In this document: one piece after another, positions 48,228 through 57,924 of the stretch
How positions within the stretch are numbered: the first letter of the stretch is position 1
How the letters are laid out: each line of letters opens with the position of its first letter
Assembly (NCBI GenBank): GCA_963822965.1
Contig: CAWGJT010000006.1
Coordinates: 512,001-576,000 of the forward strand
Origin: an uncultured delta proteobacterium
GTDB taxonomy: Bacteria > Myxococcota_A > UBA9160 > UBA4427
Reading direction: 5' to 3'
Length of the DNA stretch: 64,000 bases
Position numbers and translations under genes: made by a program
The notes under the pieces: model-generated
The model's input: only the letters and a program-made list of their open reading frames with translations
Told to the model about the DNA's origin: nothing
Database searches by the model: none

Positions 48228-49295
48228 TCACGGCGCAACCCACGCCGGTCCGGTCTCGGCGCGCACCAGGTCCACCGCGTGCGCCAGGGTGTCGAGCCGA
48301 TCGCTCAGGGTCGTGCCGGCCGGATGCAGCATCAGCGTCGTCACGCCGGCGGCCGCGTACGCGCGGATCCGCTCGCGCACCATCTCGTCGCTGCCGATCA
48401 GGCTGGTCTGGACCACCATCTCGTCGGGAATCCGCCGGACGGCCTGCTCCCGACGGCCGGCGAGCCACAGCCGCTGGCTCTCGACCGCCACGTCTGCGAA
48501 CCGGCCCCGACGGAACGCCGCGTTGTAGAAGTTGTGACGCTCCGATCCCATGGCGCCGAGGGTGAAGGCGAGGCCCTGCTTGCGGGTCTCCAGGGTGCGA
48601 TCCACGTCGTCGCCGAACGCCACGGTGCCGCCCACCTGCAGGTCGAGATCGGCGAGACGGCGGCCCGCGCGCCGCGCGCCCGCTTCGATGTGCTCGAAGA
48701 AGGCGCCGGCGTTCTCGGGCGTGAAGGAGGTGCCGATCCAGCCGTCGGCCAGCTCGCCGGTCAGCTCGAGGCTGCGCGGAGACAGCGTCGCCAGGTAGAC
48801 GGGGATGTCCGGATTCGCCGGCTGGGAGAGGCGAAGGGCCTTGCCCTCGCCGCCGGGTCGGGGGAGCACGAAGTGCTGCCCCCGGTAGGAGAGGGTCTCA
48901 CCCGCGAACGCCTTCCGGACGATCTCGATCGTCTCGCGCATGCGGGTCACCGGCTGGCCGAAGGACACACCGTGCAGGCCCTCGACCACCTGCGGGCCGC
49001 TGGCGCCGAGCCCGAGCACGAAGCGATCGTTCGAGATCGCGGCCAGGGTGAGCGCCGTCATGGCCGTCATCGAGGGGACCCGGGCGCTGATCTGCATGAT
49101 GCCGGTGCCGAGCCGGATCCGCGACGTCCGCGCCGCGATGAAGGCCAGCGGCGCGACGGCGTCCATGCCCCACGCCTCCGCGGACCAGGCGAAGTCCACG
49201 CCGAGGCTCTCCGCCTCGGTGGCGTAGGTGACGACGTCCTGCCAGTCGCGGCGCCGACCGGAGGCGGCCCCACCGATTCCGATTGCGATCTGCAA
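48228..49295 (-). CDS. Luciferase-like (LLM) F420-dependent oxidoreductase
   Basis: WSAEAWG.DA, LGLGASGPQVVEG.HG, GELADGW; TTG start with GGAG SD (alternative ATG near 49355). Confidence 0.88.
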   Translation of the reverse strand: MQIAIGIGGAASGRRRDWQDVVTYATEAESLGVDFAWSAEAWGMDAVAPLAFIAARTSRIRLGTGIMQISARVPSMTAMTALTLAAISNDRFVLGLGASGPQVVEGLHGVSFGQPVTRMRETIEIVRKAFAGETLSYRGQHFVLPRPGGEGKALRLSQPANPDIPVYLATLSPRSLELTGELADGWIGTSFTPENAGAFFEHIEAGARRAGRRLADLDLQVGGTVAFGDDVDRTLETRKQGLAFTLGAMGSERHNFYNAAFRRGRFADVAVESQRLWLAGRREQAVRRIPDEMVVQTSLIGSDEMVRERIRAYAAAGVTTLMLHPAGTTLSDRLDTLAHAVDLVRAETGPAWVAP

Positions 49296-49366
49296 CGAGG
49301 CTCCCGGACGGTGCAGGCGCCCTCGCGAGCGCCTTCTTTTCGCGGAGGTCGCCATCTTAGCCTGCA

Positions 49367-50713
49367 TCAGCGCCGGAGCGCCCACACGGCGGCCAGGCCC
49401 AGGGCGCCCGCGAACAAGCTCCCCGGGAGCCCGCCCGCGACGGGGACCCGGGCCCGCGGCGCAAACGGCCCGCTCACCTCGTAGGTCGTCCCCGGCAGTC
49501 GCTGCGAGCTGAAGTAGAGCCGCCGGCCGTCGGGAGACAGGGCGGGCCCGGTAATCTCGCTGCCGTCCTGTCCCACGACCTGCACCACGGGCTTCACGCC
49601 ACCATCCGGGGTGAGGGCCACGATCTGCATGTTGCCCCCGTCTTCGGCGACGTAGACGTCGCCCAGGGGTGAGACGTACACGTTGTCCACCCCCGAGAGC
49701 TCCGGAGTCGGGCTGGTGGCCCGGTCGTAGACGATCTCGATCGTGTCCGCGTCGGTGTCGATCCGCCAGATGCGATCGTCTCCCTTGGTGGAGAAGTACA
49801 CGCTCCCCGCGTGATGGAAGCAGCCCTCGCCGCCGTTGAAGCCCGTGGATCCAGGCACCTGGTAGCGCGTCGCGCGCTCCGCCACCGGAAGGTGGCTGGC
49901 GTTCTGCACGCCGCCGCCCGCCGGGTTGGGCTCGGGCACGGGATGCCACGCGAGCGGTCGCTCCTGTCCGGGCTGGATCGCTCCCTGGGCTGCCGGATCC
50001 AGGATCTCCGCCACCTCGAGCCTCCCGGCCGAGAGGTCGGGATAGCCGGCCGGCGACAGGCGGTACAGCCGGCCCGACGGCTTGTCCTCCGTGAGATGGA
50101 CCGTGTGGTGGACGGGATCCACGGCCGCCGCCTCGTGGGAGAACGTTCCGAGGCCGGCCCGGAGACCACCCTGGGACCCGGGCGCGAACGGATCGCACTC
50201 GTAGACGCGTCCCCCGTCGACCTCCTCGCACGAGAGCCAGGTGCCCCAGGGCGTCGCGCCCCCGGCACAGTTGTGCGTCGTTCCCGTCAGGATCGGGTAC
50301 GCGCCGACGACCGCCCCGTCCGCGGCGAAGCGCAACGCTCCGACCCCGCTGGAGCCGCTGCCGAGCTCACTGTTCGAGACATAGACCCAGCCGCCGTCGG
50401 ACGCCGGAAAGACGGCGCCGCCGTCGGGCGCGGCATGCCAGGTGTACCCGCTTCCCGGCACCACCTGCCCCGTCACGGCCACGACCCGCGACCGAAAGCC
50501 CGGCGGCAGCATCAGGCCGTTGGCGTCCGGCGGCTGCAACGGCCCGATGTCGTCGACGCCGGACGCGCGCGCTACCGGTACGACCACCGACCCGCCGGCC
50601 AGACCCAGACCCAGGACCGTGGCGCCGCGGATTCCGCGACGAAGCAGGTCGCGACGCGACAGCGGCGGTAGCGGCGAGAGGAGCGGAGAGCCGGCAGCGG
50701 CTTCGTCGGTCAT
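49367..50713 (-). CDS. phoX: PhoX-family (DUF839) alkaline phosphatase, Tat-exported
   Basis: SRRDLL Tat motif, PDGG, NCAGG.TPWGTWLSCEE, HEA, GEG, DN, AEDG, EITGP. Confidence 0.85.
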   Translation of the reverse strand: MTDEAAAGSPLLSPLPPLSRRDLLRRGIRGATVLGLGLAGGSVVVPVARASGVDDIGPLQPPDANGLMLPPGFRSRVVAVTGQVVPGSGYTWHAAPDGGAVFPASDGGWVYVSNSELGSGSSGVGALRFAADGAVVGAYPILTGTTHNCAGGATPWGTWLSCEEVDGGRVYECDPFAPGSQGGLRAGLGTFSHEAAAVDPVHHTVHLTEDKPSGRLYRLSPAGYPDLSAGRLEVAEILDPAAQGAIQPGQERPLAWHPVPEPNPAGGGVQNASHLPVAERATRYQVPGSTGFNGGEGCFHHAGSVYFSTKGDDRIWRIDTDADTIEIVYDRATSPTPELSGVDNVYVSPLGDVYVAEDGGNMQIVALTPDGGVKPVVQVVGQDGSEITGPALSPDGRRLYFSSQRLPGTTYEVSGPFAPRARVPVAGGLPGSLFAGALGLAAVWALRR

Positions 50714-50828
50714 CTCTCCCCCCCTCCTCTCGGACCAGTGTGCCCGAAGTCGCGCTCGAGCACTCGTCCGGATTGCAGCGCGCACCCGCGCACTGGATGG
50801 GAGCTGCGGCGGTTCGTATCATGCGCCC

Positions 50829-51320
50829 ATGTCGATTCGAACCGCGGGCCACGCCAGGCCGCGAGGCAGCATCCTGATCCTGGTGGCCGGCGGGATCCTC
50901 GCGGCGGCGGGGGTGGGCTGCGCGACCTCGCACACCTACATCGCGGAGGTGGGCCTGCAGGGGGCGATCGGCGGCACGTGCATCATGGGCGCCCTCGACT
51001 CGGAGCCCGACGTCGTCGACCTGATCCGGACGAGCGAGAGCGAGATCTCCTTCCGCGTCTCGCTCCCCGGCGTGAAGCGCAAGCACTGGCCGGCGTTCTC
51101 GATCTCCGAGGAGCAGGACCCGGACGGGGCTCCCCTCCTCTCGCTCTCGACCGACTATGAGACCGGCTGGCTCGAGCCCGACGCGCAGGCGCAGCTGCAG
51201 CGCGCCCGAAGGCTGGCCAGCGACATCACCGAAGGCTGCACGGGACATCGCCCCACCCTGGGCGAGGCCCGGGCCTGCGGCGCCGGGGAACGCGACGACC
51301 TGTGCGTGACGGGGCGCTGA
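50829..51320 (+). CDS. Hypothetical lipoprotein
   Basis: Basic N-region, hydrophobic core, GVGC lipobox-like site; GC3 bias. Confidence 0.65.
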   Translation: MSIRTAGHARPRGSILILVAGGILAAAGVGCATSHTYIAEVGLQGAIGGTCIMGALDSEPDVVDLIRTSESEISFRVSLPGVKRKHWPAFSISEEQDPDGAPLLSLSTDYETGWLEPDAQAQLQRARRLASDITEGCTGHRPTLGEARACGAGERDDLCVTGR

Positions 51321-51540
51321 GCGCGTCCCGCGCCCCTCGGGCGCGAGCGCGCCGCGCTCCGACCGGGTCCTTCTGCGGAACCCAGCCCGGACGAGGCCGT
51401 CGTCGCCGGACGCCGTGAGCTCCCGCGCCGCCCGTACGCTGCATTGACCTTGCCGGAGGGGTGGGAGAAGATGCGCATGGGTCGCGTGGCGCCTTCGCAA
51501 CGGGGTGCGCCGGCGGCTTCGACCGGACGGCTCGAGAGGC

Positions 51541-52158
51541 ATGCGTTTGCCCAACATCGTCTATGGCCTTTGCGCCGCCGTGGGCGGCACCGTCATGGCC
51601 CTGCAGTTCATCACCTCCGCCGTCGGACTCGGGTCGGACCACGGCGGCGACATGGTCGGAGACCACGGCGGCGGCTTCGGCGACCACGGCGGCGGCATGG
51701 GCGGGGACGGCCACGACGCCGGCGACGGCTTCGACGACCACGACTCGAGCTGGTTCTTCGGGGTCCTGAGCTTCCGCACCCTGATCGCTGCCCTGACGTT
51801 TTTCGGGCTGGCGGGCCTGGCGGGCGGCAAGAGCGGCTGGGATCCGAACACCACGCTCGTCGTCGCCGTCCTGTGCGGTGCCATCGCCCTCTACGGCGTC
51901 TACTGGCTCGGCGTCGGGCTGAGCCGGCTGCAGGCCGATGCGACCGTCCAGGTCCAGGGTGCGATCGGGTCCCACGGCACCGTCTACCTGCGCGTGCCCG
52001 CCGGGCGCTCCGGCGTCGGAAAGGTGCACATCAGCCAGCAGAGTCGGACGATGGAGTACGAGGCCGTCACCGAGGGCCGGGAGCTGCCGGTGGGCGCCAA
52101 CGTGGAGGTGGTCGCCGTCGCGGGCTCCGAGGTGGTGGTGGTCAGGGAAGCCAACTGA
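51541..52158 (+). CDS. NfeD-like membrane protein (flotillin partner)
   Basis: Hydrophobic N-terminus, Gly/Asp/His linker, LSFRTLIAALTFFG, C-terminal OB-fold GTVYLRVP...GKV; directly upstream of the SPFH gene. Confidence 0.8.
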   Translation: MRLPNIVYGLCAAVGGTVMALQFITSAVGLGSDHGGDMVGDHGGGFGDHGGGMGGDGHDAGDGFDDHDSSWFFGVLSFRTLIAALTFFGLAGLAGGKSGWDPNTTLVVAVLCGAIALYGVYWLGVGLSRLQADATVQVQGAIGSHGTVYLRVPAGRSGVGKVHISQQSRTMEYEAVTEGRELPVGANVEVVAVAGSEVVVVREAN

Positions 52159-52185
52159 GCCAAGTCGGGAGCGGGGATCGTCGCC

Positions 52186-53778
52186 ATGCTGGAGTCCTGG
52201 AACGGCCTGAACGTCTACTGGATCGCGCTCATCGCGCTCGTCGCCACCGTCTTCTTCAGCACCCTCAACCTGATGCGTACGCGCTACAAGCGCTGCCCGG
52301 CCAATCGCATCCTGGTGATCTACGGCTGGCCCAACCGCGGGCAGGCGGCCAAGTGCATCCACGGCGGCGCCAAGTTCGTCCTGCCGCTGGTGCAGGAGCA
52401 CGCGTATCTCAGCCTCGAGCCCATCCAGATCGAGGTCCCGCTGCGGGGCGCGCTGTCCATGGAGAACATCCGTGTCAACGTGCCGAGCGTCTTCACGGTC
52501 GCCATCGGCACGACGCCCGACCTGATGCAGAACGCCGCGGTCCGCCTGCTGGGTCTCGACATTCCCGACATCAAGAAGCAGGCCGAGGACATCATCTTCG
52601 GCCAGCTGCGCCAGGTCATCGCTTCGATGAAGATCGAGGACATCAACCGCGACCGCGACAAGTTCCTCGAGAGCATCCAGGCCTCACTCGAGCCGGAGCT
52701 GAAGAAGATCGGGCTGCTCCTCATCAACGTGAACATCACCGACATCACGGACGAGTCGGGCTACATCGAGGCGATCGGCCGCAACGCCGCCAGCCAGGCG
52801 ATCCAGCAGGCGCGCGGCGACGTCGCCGAGCAGGAGAAGCTCGGCGAGACGCGCGTGGCCCAGGCCGAGCGCGACCAGATGATCCAGGTGGCCAACGCCG
52901 CGAAGGAGCGCGAGATCGGCACGCGCGACGCGGAGCGCGAGCGCGCGGTGCGCGTGGCCGAGCTCGAGAAGGCCCAGCGCATCGGCGAGCAGACGGCCGC
53001 GTTCCAGCGGGAGTCGCAGATCAAGGACGCCGAGCGGACGATGCGCGTCGAGGTCTCGGAGGCCAACGCCAAGGCCATCGTCGGCGAGAACGAGGCGCAG
53101 GCGCAGATCGCGGCCAGCGAGGCCACGCTGCAGGTGAAGCGCGCCGAAGCCTACTCGCTCGGCGAGACGCGCAAGCGGGAGGCCGAGGCCGAGGTGCTGG
53201 CGGCCCAGAATGTCGCGATGGCCAAGGCGGCCCTGGCCGACGCCGAGCGCGTGGAGGCCGAGCGGCGTGCCGAGCTCGAGGCGCCGGCCAAGGCGGAGCG
53301 GGCGCGGATCCTCGTCGAGGCCGAGGCCGAAGCCGGCAAGCGACGTCTCGAGGCGGAGGGCGATGCGTCCGCGATCTTCGCGCGCCTCGAGGCCGAGGCG
53401 AAGGGCCAGTACGAGATCCTCGCGAAGAAGGCCGAGGGTCTGCGACGGATCGTGGAGGCGTGTGGCGGCGCCGACCAGGCCTTCCAGCTGATGATGCTCG
53501 AACACCTCGACAACCTGGCCGAAGCGTCGGCACGGGCGATCTCGAACATCAAGTTCGACAAGGTCGTGGTCTGGGAGAACGGCGGCCACAACGGCAGCAG
53601 CGCGACCGCGGGCTTCCTGCAGAACATCGCGCGCTCCCTGCCCCCGATGCTCCAGGTGATGAAGGACATCGGCGGCGTGGAGATCCCGGAGACGCTCGCG
53701 CGCTTCGGGGAGGACGGAGCCGCCGCGCTCCCGGCCGACGACTCGAAGCCCGCCCCAAAGGCGCCGCCGGGCGCCTAG
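52186..53778 (+). CDS. Flotillin/SPFH-domain protein
   Basis: N-terminal TM, RYKRCP..RILV.YG, FGQLR, INVNITDITD, long AEA-rich coiled coil, IKFDKVVVW. Confidence 0.93.
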   Translation: MLESWNGLNVYWIALIALVATVFFSTLNLMRTRYKRCPANRILVIYGWPNRGQAAKCIHGGAKFVLPLVQEHAYLSLEPIQIEVPLRGALSMENIRVNVPSVFTVAIGTTPDLMQNAAVRLLGLDIPDIKKQAEDIIFGQLRQVIASMKIEDINRDRDKFLESIQASLEPELKKIGLLLINVNITDITDESGYIEAIGRNAASQAIQQARGDVAEQEKLGETRVAQAERDQMIQVANAAKEREIGTRDAERERAVRVAELEKAQRIGEQTAAFQRESQIKDAERTMRVEVSEANAKAIVGENEAQAQIAASEATLQVKRAEAYSLGETRKREAEAEVLAAQNVAMAKAALADAERVEAERRAELEAPAKAERARILVEAEAEAGKRRLEAEGDASAIFARLEAEAKGQYEILAKKAEGLRRIVEACGGADQAFQLMMLEHLDNLAEASARAISNIKFDKVVVWENGGHNGSSATAGFLQNIARSLPPMLQVMKDIGGVEIPETLARFGEDGAAALPADDSKPAPKAPPGA

Positions 53779-53812
53779 ACCGGCTTGCCCGCGCGACGGC
53801 CCCCGGACGCGC

Positions 53813-54166
53813 TCAGAGGATTCCCGCCCGCACGCCCGCCCAGGCGCCCGCGCCACAGAGCAGCCAGACGACGGCCAGCAGCGCGGTGATGCCCCCCGGG
53901 CGCCCCCGATCCCGAATCTCCAGCACCGATGCGGTCGCGCTGAGCGCGCCGGTCACGCAGAGCCCGGCGATCGCCCAACCCCCGCCGTCCCGCCAGGCCA
54001 CCACCAGCAGAGGCGCAACGAAGACGACCACGTGCGCGACCAGGACGAGCAGGATCGGCCACAGGGTGGGCTCGCGAACGAACGGCAGGACGGCACGCTC
54101 GAGGCGCGACGGCCCGCGAAAGGCGTCGAGATCGAGCCTTCGCTCGCGGGGGCCTTCGGGCTGCAT
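53813..54166 (-). CDS. Hypothetical small membrane protein
   Basis: Three hydrophobic segments; start uncertain. Confidence 0.55.
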   Translation of the reverse strand: MQPEGPRERRLDLDAFRGPSRLERAVLPFVREPTLWPILLVLVAHVVVFVAPLLVVAWRDGGGWAIAGLCVTGALSATASVLEIRDRGRPGGITALLAVVWLLCGAGAWAGVRAGIL

Positions 54167-54373
54167 CCGGATCGGGCTCGACACGCCGTGGACTCCTTCG
54201 GCCCGGCGCTCCCCGCCCACGCGGGAAGCCCTCCGGACGCACGGGCTCGCAATCTTGTGCCTCAGTTTCGGCCCGGCGACAAGCGGTCCGCCCCCGGACC
54301 CGCCGGGCGGAAATCGTTGGCCGAGGCACCGCGCGGAGGGGCACAATAGCCGTCGGGCCAGAACGGAGGGGGT

Positions 54374-55147
54374 GTGGAGTACTCACAGATCCTGTACGAG
54401 ACCGAGGGTCCCGTCGCGACCATCACGCTCGACCGACCCGAGCGCCTCAACGCCTGGACGCCGCGCATGTCCCGGGAGCAGTGGCACGCCATCGAGCGGG
54501 CCAACGAAGATCCCCGGATCGGCACCATCGTCCTGACGGGCGCCGGCCGGGGCTTCTGCGCCGGCGCGGACGTGGGCGGCTTCCACGACCAGATCGAAGA
54601 GCAGCAGCAGGAGGAGCTCTCGACACCCGGGGACTGGGTGAAGCTCTGCCGCCGTTCGAAGCCGCTGATTGCGGCGGTCAACGGCGCCTGCGTGGGCGTC
54701 GGGATGACCATGATCCTGCCCTTCGACGTCATCATCGCCTCGGAGCGGGCGCGCTTCGGAATGTTCTTCATCAAGATGGGACTCGTGCCGGAGCTGGCGA
54801 GCACGCACTTCCTGGTGCAGCGGATGGGCTTCGCCAAGGCGAGCGAGCTCTGCCTGTCCGGGCGCCTCTACTCCGCGGGCGAGCTGGCGGGCCTGGGGCT
54901 GTTCAACGGCCTCGTGCCGCCGGACGAGCTGCTGTCACGGGCCGGCGAGCTCGCGCTCGAGATCGCGGCGAACCCGGATCCCCAGCTGCGCATGATCAAG
55001 GACCTGCTCAGCCGCAACGGGAGCGAGCCCGACCTCGACGTGGTGCAGTCCCGGGAGCTCGAGCTGTTGAAGCGCTGCTACGACACGCCCGAGCACCACG
55101 AGGCCGTCGCAGCCTTCATGGAGCGGCGGACACCTCGCTTCCGCTGA
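54374..55147 (+). CDS. Enoyl-CoA hydratase/isomerase family protein
   Basis: DRPERLNA, GRGFCAGAD, KPLIAAVNG, GLVPE, AFMERR.P.F. Confidence 0.9.
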   Translation: MEYSQILYETEGPVATITLDRPERLNAWTPRMSREQWHAIERANEDPRIGTIVLTGAGRGFCAGADVGGFHDQIEEQQQEELSTPGDWVKLCRRSKPLIAAVNGACVGVGMTMILPFDVIIASERARFGMFFIKMGLVPELASTHFLVQRMGFAKASELCLSGRLYSAGELAGLGLFNGLVPPDELLSRAGELALEIAANPDPQLRMIKDLLSRNGSEPDLDVVQSRELELLKRCYDTPEHHEAVAAFMERRTPRFR

Positions 55148-55637
55148 GGGTCGTCTCGGGCGCCGCACCGCGCACGATCGTCGCGAGACGCCACGCCGCG
55201 AGCACGGACAGCGCCCCGAAGCCGCCCAGCAACCCGAGGACGAGGCCGGGCGTCCGCAGGGCGTGAGGCAGCAGGGGGGTCGCCAGCCCCGCGAGCCCCG
55301 CCATCGCCAGGGACGGCCGCAGCCCGAAGCCCAGCTCGCACCCCAGCAGGAACAGGACGGCCACGCTCGCGGCCACCACCCAGGCGTTCGTCCAGCTGGC
55401 GGCCCAGGCGACGAAGGGCCGGGGCCAGGCGGCCGTCGACCAGTCGTCCCAGCGCAGCCGGAAGGGGTTGCCGCCCGCGAAGGGCGCCTCGGGATCGGCG
55501 TGCGGGTCCATGCCCCGAGGCGTATCGAAGAGTCCCCGCTCCTCGGCCCGGGCGAGAGGGGCCAGCAGGCGGCCGACCAGCAGGCCGGGCATGGCTGCCA
55601 GGGACTGGCCGAGGCCGTACTTGGCGTAGAAGTGCTG
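55116..55637 (-). pseudogene. Fragment of a polytopic GT-C-like membrane protein
   Basis: FYAKYGLGQSL motif and hydrophobic helices; no 5' end; far shorter than such proteins usually are. Confidence 0.5.
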
Positions 55638-56654
55638 ACGGTGCTGCGCCTCGGCGCCCGCATGCCGGGCCGGCTGGTGGCCGTCTTCGCGCCCCTGGCA
55701 CTCGTCGCCCTGCCCCGCTTCTACGGTCACGCCTTCAACAACTCGAAGGACATCCCCTTCGCGTGTGCGTTCGTCTGGGCCGTTCACGCAAGCTGTCGGC
55801 TGGCGTGTCGCGAGGCGGGCTCGCGCCTGGGCCCGGCGCTGCTCTGCGGGCTCGCCGTCGGCGCCGCCCTGGCCATCCGGCCGGGCGGTCTCCCGTTGCT
55901 GCTCGGGCTCTTCGGCCTGCTGCTGGCCTGGCGCCTGGGGGTGCGAGACGGCGGCGCCCGCGGCGCCTGGCGGGGGGTGCTGCAGGACGCCCTCGTGGCC
56001 TGGGCCGCGGCCTGGCTCGTGATGGTGGCCCTGTGGCCCTGGGCGCACGAGAGCCCCGTGCTGAACCCGCTGCGCGCCGTGGCCCTGCTGGCGGGCCTCG
56101 CGGCAGCTTCGCTCGTCGAGGTGCTGGCGACGCTCGCGCAGCGGCACGCGGGGCCGCGCCCGGCTGCCCGGGTGCGCGTCGCAACGGTCTGCGCGATGGG
56201 CCTGACCCTGGCCACGGCCTTCGTCCAGCACGTCCGCCTGCACCCGTACCAGAGCACCTACTTCAACGCGCTGGTGGACGGCGTGGCCGGGGCGGACGGC
56301 CGCTACGAGACCGACCACTGGCTGTCCAGCTACAAGGAAGCCATCGAATGGGTCAACGCCCGCACCGCCGGCGCCGGCCGCGAGGTGACGGTGCTGGTGG
56401 CCGCCGATCCCTACTCGAGCGACTGCGCGGCGAGCTTCCTCGGCCCCGGCGTCTGCATGGTCCGAACCGTCGAGCAGGGGGTGGGCGGGGCCCTGCCCGA
56501 GCCCTTCGATTTCTACGTCGCCACCACGCGCTACGGGCTGGACGCGAACTTCCCGGGGTCCGAGGTCGCCCATCGGGTCGGGCGGCTGGGAGCCACCTTC
56601 ACGGTGATCCGCGCGCGGGAAGGCGGGGCAGAACGCAGTCTCGCGGGGCGCTAG
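55636..56654 (+). pseudogene. 5'-truncated, probably internally deleted GT-C/ArnT-PMT-like glycosyltransferase
   Basis: PRFYGHAFNNSKDIPF, RPGG, LWPW, LHPYQSTYFN, YETDHW motifs; no credible start. Confidence 0.6.
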
Positions 56655-56680
56655 TCCTGATCCGTCATGCGGATCAGGGC
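56651..56680. repeat. Short CTAG-initiated hairpin CCTGATCCG-TCATG-CGGATCAGG
   Basis: Perfect 9-bp stem; half-site CTGATCCGTC recurs at ~38151, ~42824 and ~63833. Confidence 0.65.
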
Positions 56681-56685
56681 GCAAC

Positions 56686-56867
56686 TCCCAATGCCTGCCG
56701 AATCGCTGCCTCTTGCTCGGTCCGTGCCGCGATCCGAGCCCGACGCCAGGACCTCATGGGAATGAGGTTGTCGCGCTCAGGCTGGTTCCGCCGTCCTCGC
56801 ACGATCCGCGAGGCCTGGCAGGGGCTGCGGCACGCAGGAAGCACGCTGAATGACGCATTGGGGCTAG
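56686..56867. repeat. 182-bp dispersed repeat, copy 2 (MITE-like)
   Basis: Same orientation as 32827-33008, about 90% identical; ends CCCAATGC...GCATTGGG-GCTAG; central ACCTCAT-GGGA-ATGAGGT hairpin. Confidence 0.9.
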
Positions 56868-56931
56868 CAGGCCGACCCCCGATGGGTCGGCTCGTGCCGG
56901 CGGGGGCCCGCCGTTGCTATCCTTGCGCGCG

Positions 56932-57924
56932 ATGCCCACGCCCATCGCACCCCTGTGCCTCCTGACCTGCGAATCGGGCCGCCCGTTCGCGACCGCCGTG
57001 GCCGAAGAGCTGGGCCAGCCGCTGGTTCCCACGAGCGAGTCCTGGTTCGCCTGCGGCGAGGGCAAGCTCGTCATCGACGCGAACATCCGCGGCTGCGACG
57101 CCTACGTGTTCCAGTCCTGCATCGGCGATCACGACGACCTCTCGGTCTACGAGCGCTTCGTGATGCTGCTGCACGCCGTCGAGGCGGCGAAGCTGTCCGA
57201 CGCGCTGTTCGTGACCGCCGTCCTGCCCTACTACCCCGGCGCGAGGCAGGACAAGCGCAAGGGACGCACCCGAGAAGGCATCAGCGCGGGCCTGTTCGCG
57301 CGCATGCTCTCCGTGGCGGGCGCCCACCGGGTGCTGACGGTCGAGATCCACAACGACGCCATCGCCGGCATGTTCGACGCGAGCCAGACCACCCTCGAGA
57401 CGGTCTACCTCACCAAGCACATGGTGGGCTGGATGAACGAGCACGGCATCAGCGCGGGCGTCGTGGTGGCGCCGGACGTGGGCGGGATGGAGCGCGCGCG
57501 CTGGTACGCGGAGAAGCTGTCGGCGGACCTCGCCGCGCTCTCCAAGGAACGGGACTACTCGCGCCCGAACGCCGTCGTCCGCTCCACCCTGATCGGCGAG
57601 GTCGCCAATCGAGACGTCCTGCTGGTGGACGACATCGTCGACACCGCGGGCTCCGTGGTGGCCGCCATCGACGAGCTGAAGTCGCACGGTGCCCGGAACA
57701 TCACCGTCGCCTGCGCACACCCCCTGCTCTCGGGGCCCGCCTGGGACCGGCTCTCGGCGCTCTACGATCGCGCCACCGGCGAGGGCTGGGACTTCAAGCT
57801 CGTCGGCACATCCTCGGTGCTCCACCAGAAGGTGCCGGGATGGTATCTCCACTATCCCATCGAGCCCCTGATGGCGCAGGTGATCACGAAGATCAACCGG
57901 CGAGGCAGCGTGACCGGCCTCTGA
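56932..57924 (+). CDS. prs: Ribose-phosphate pyrophosphokinase
   Basis: FACGE, PYYPGARQDK, EIH, APDVGG, K.R, LLVDDIVDTAGS PRPP-binding motif, CAHPLLSG. Confidence 0.9.
   Translation: MPTPIAPLCLLTCESGRPFATAVAEELGQPLVPTSESWFACGEGKLVIDANIRGCDAYVFQSCIGDHDDLSVYERFVMLLHAVEAAKLSDALFVTAVLPYYPGARQDKRKGRTREGISAGLFARMLSVAGAHRVLTVEIHNDAIAGMFDASQTTLETVYLTKHMVGWMNEHGISAGVVVAPDVGGMERARWYAEKLSADLAALSKERDYSRPNAVVRSTLIGEVANRDVLLVDDIVDTAGSVVAAIDELKSHGARNITVACAHPLLSGPAWDRLSALYDRATGEGWDFKLVGTSSVLHQKVPGWYLHYPIEPLMAQVITKINRRGSVTGL

Noticed and set aside
32827..56867. The two 182-bp direct repeats as ends of a 24-kb composite mobile element
   Set aside because: The interior is ordinary chromosomal content (top6B, EF-G paralogue, mscS) with no mobility gene, and the copies are ~10% diverged
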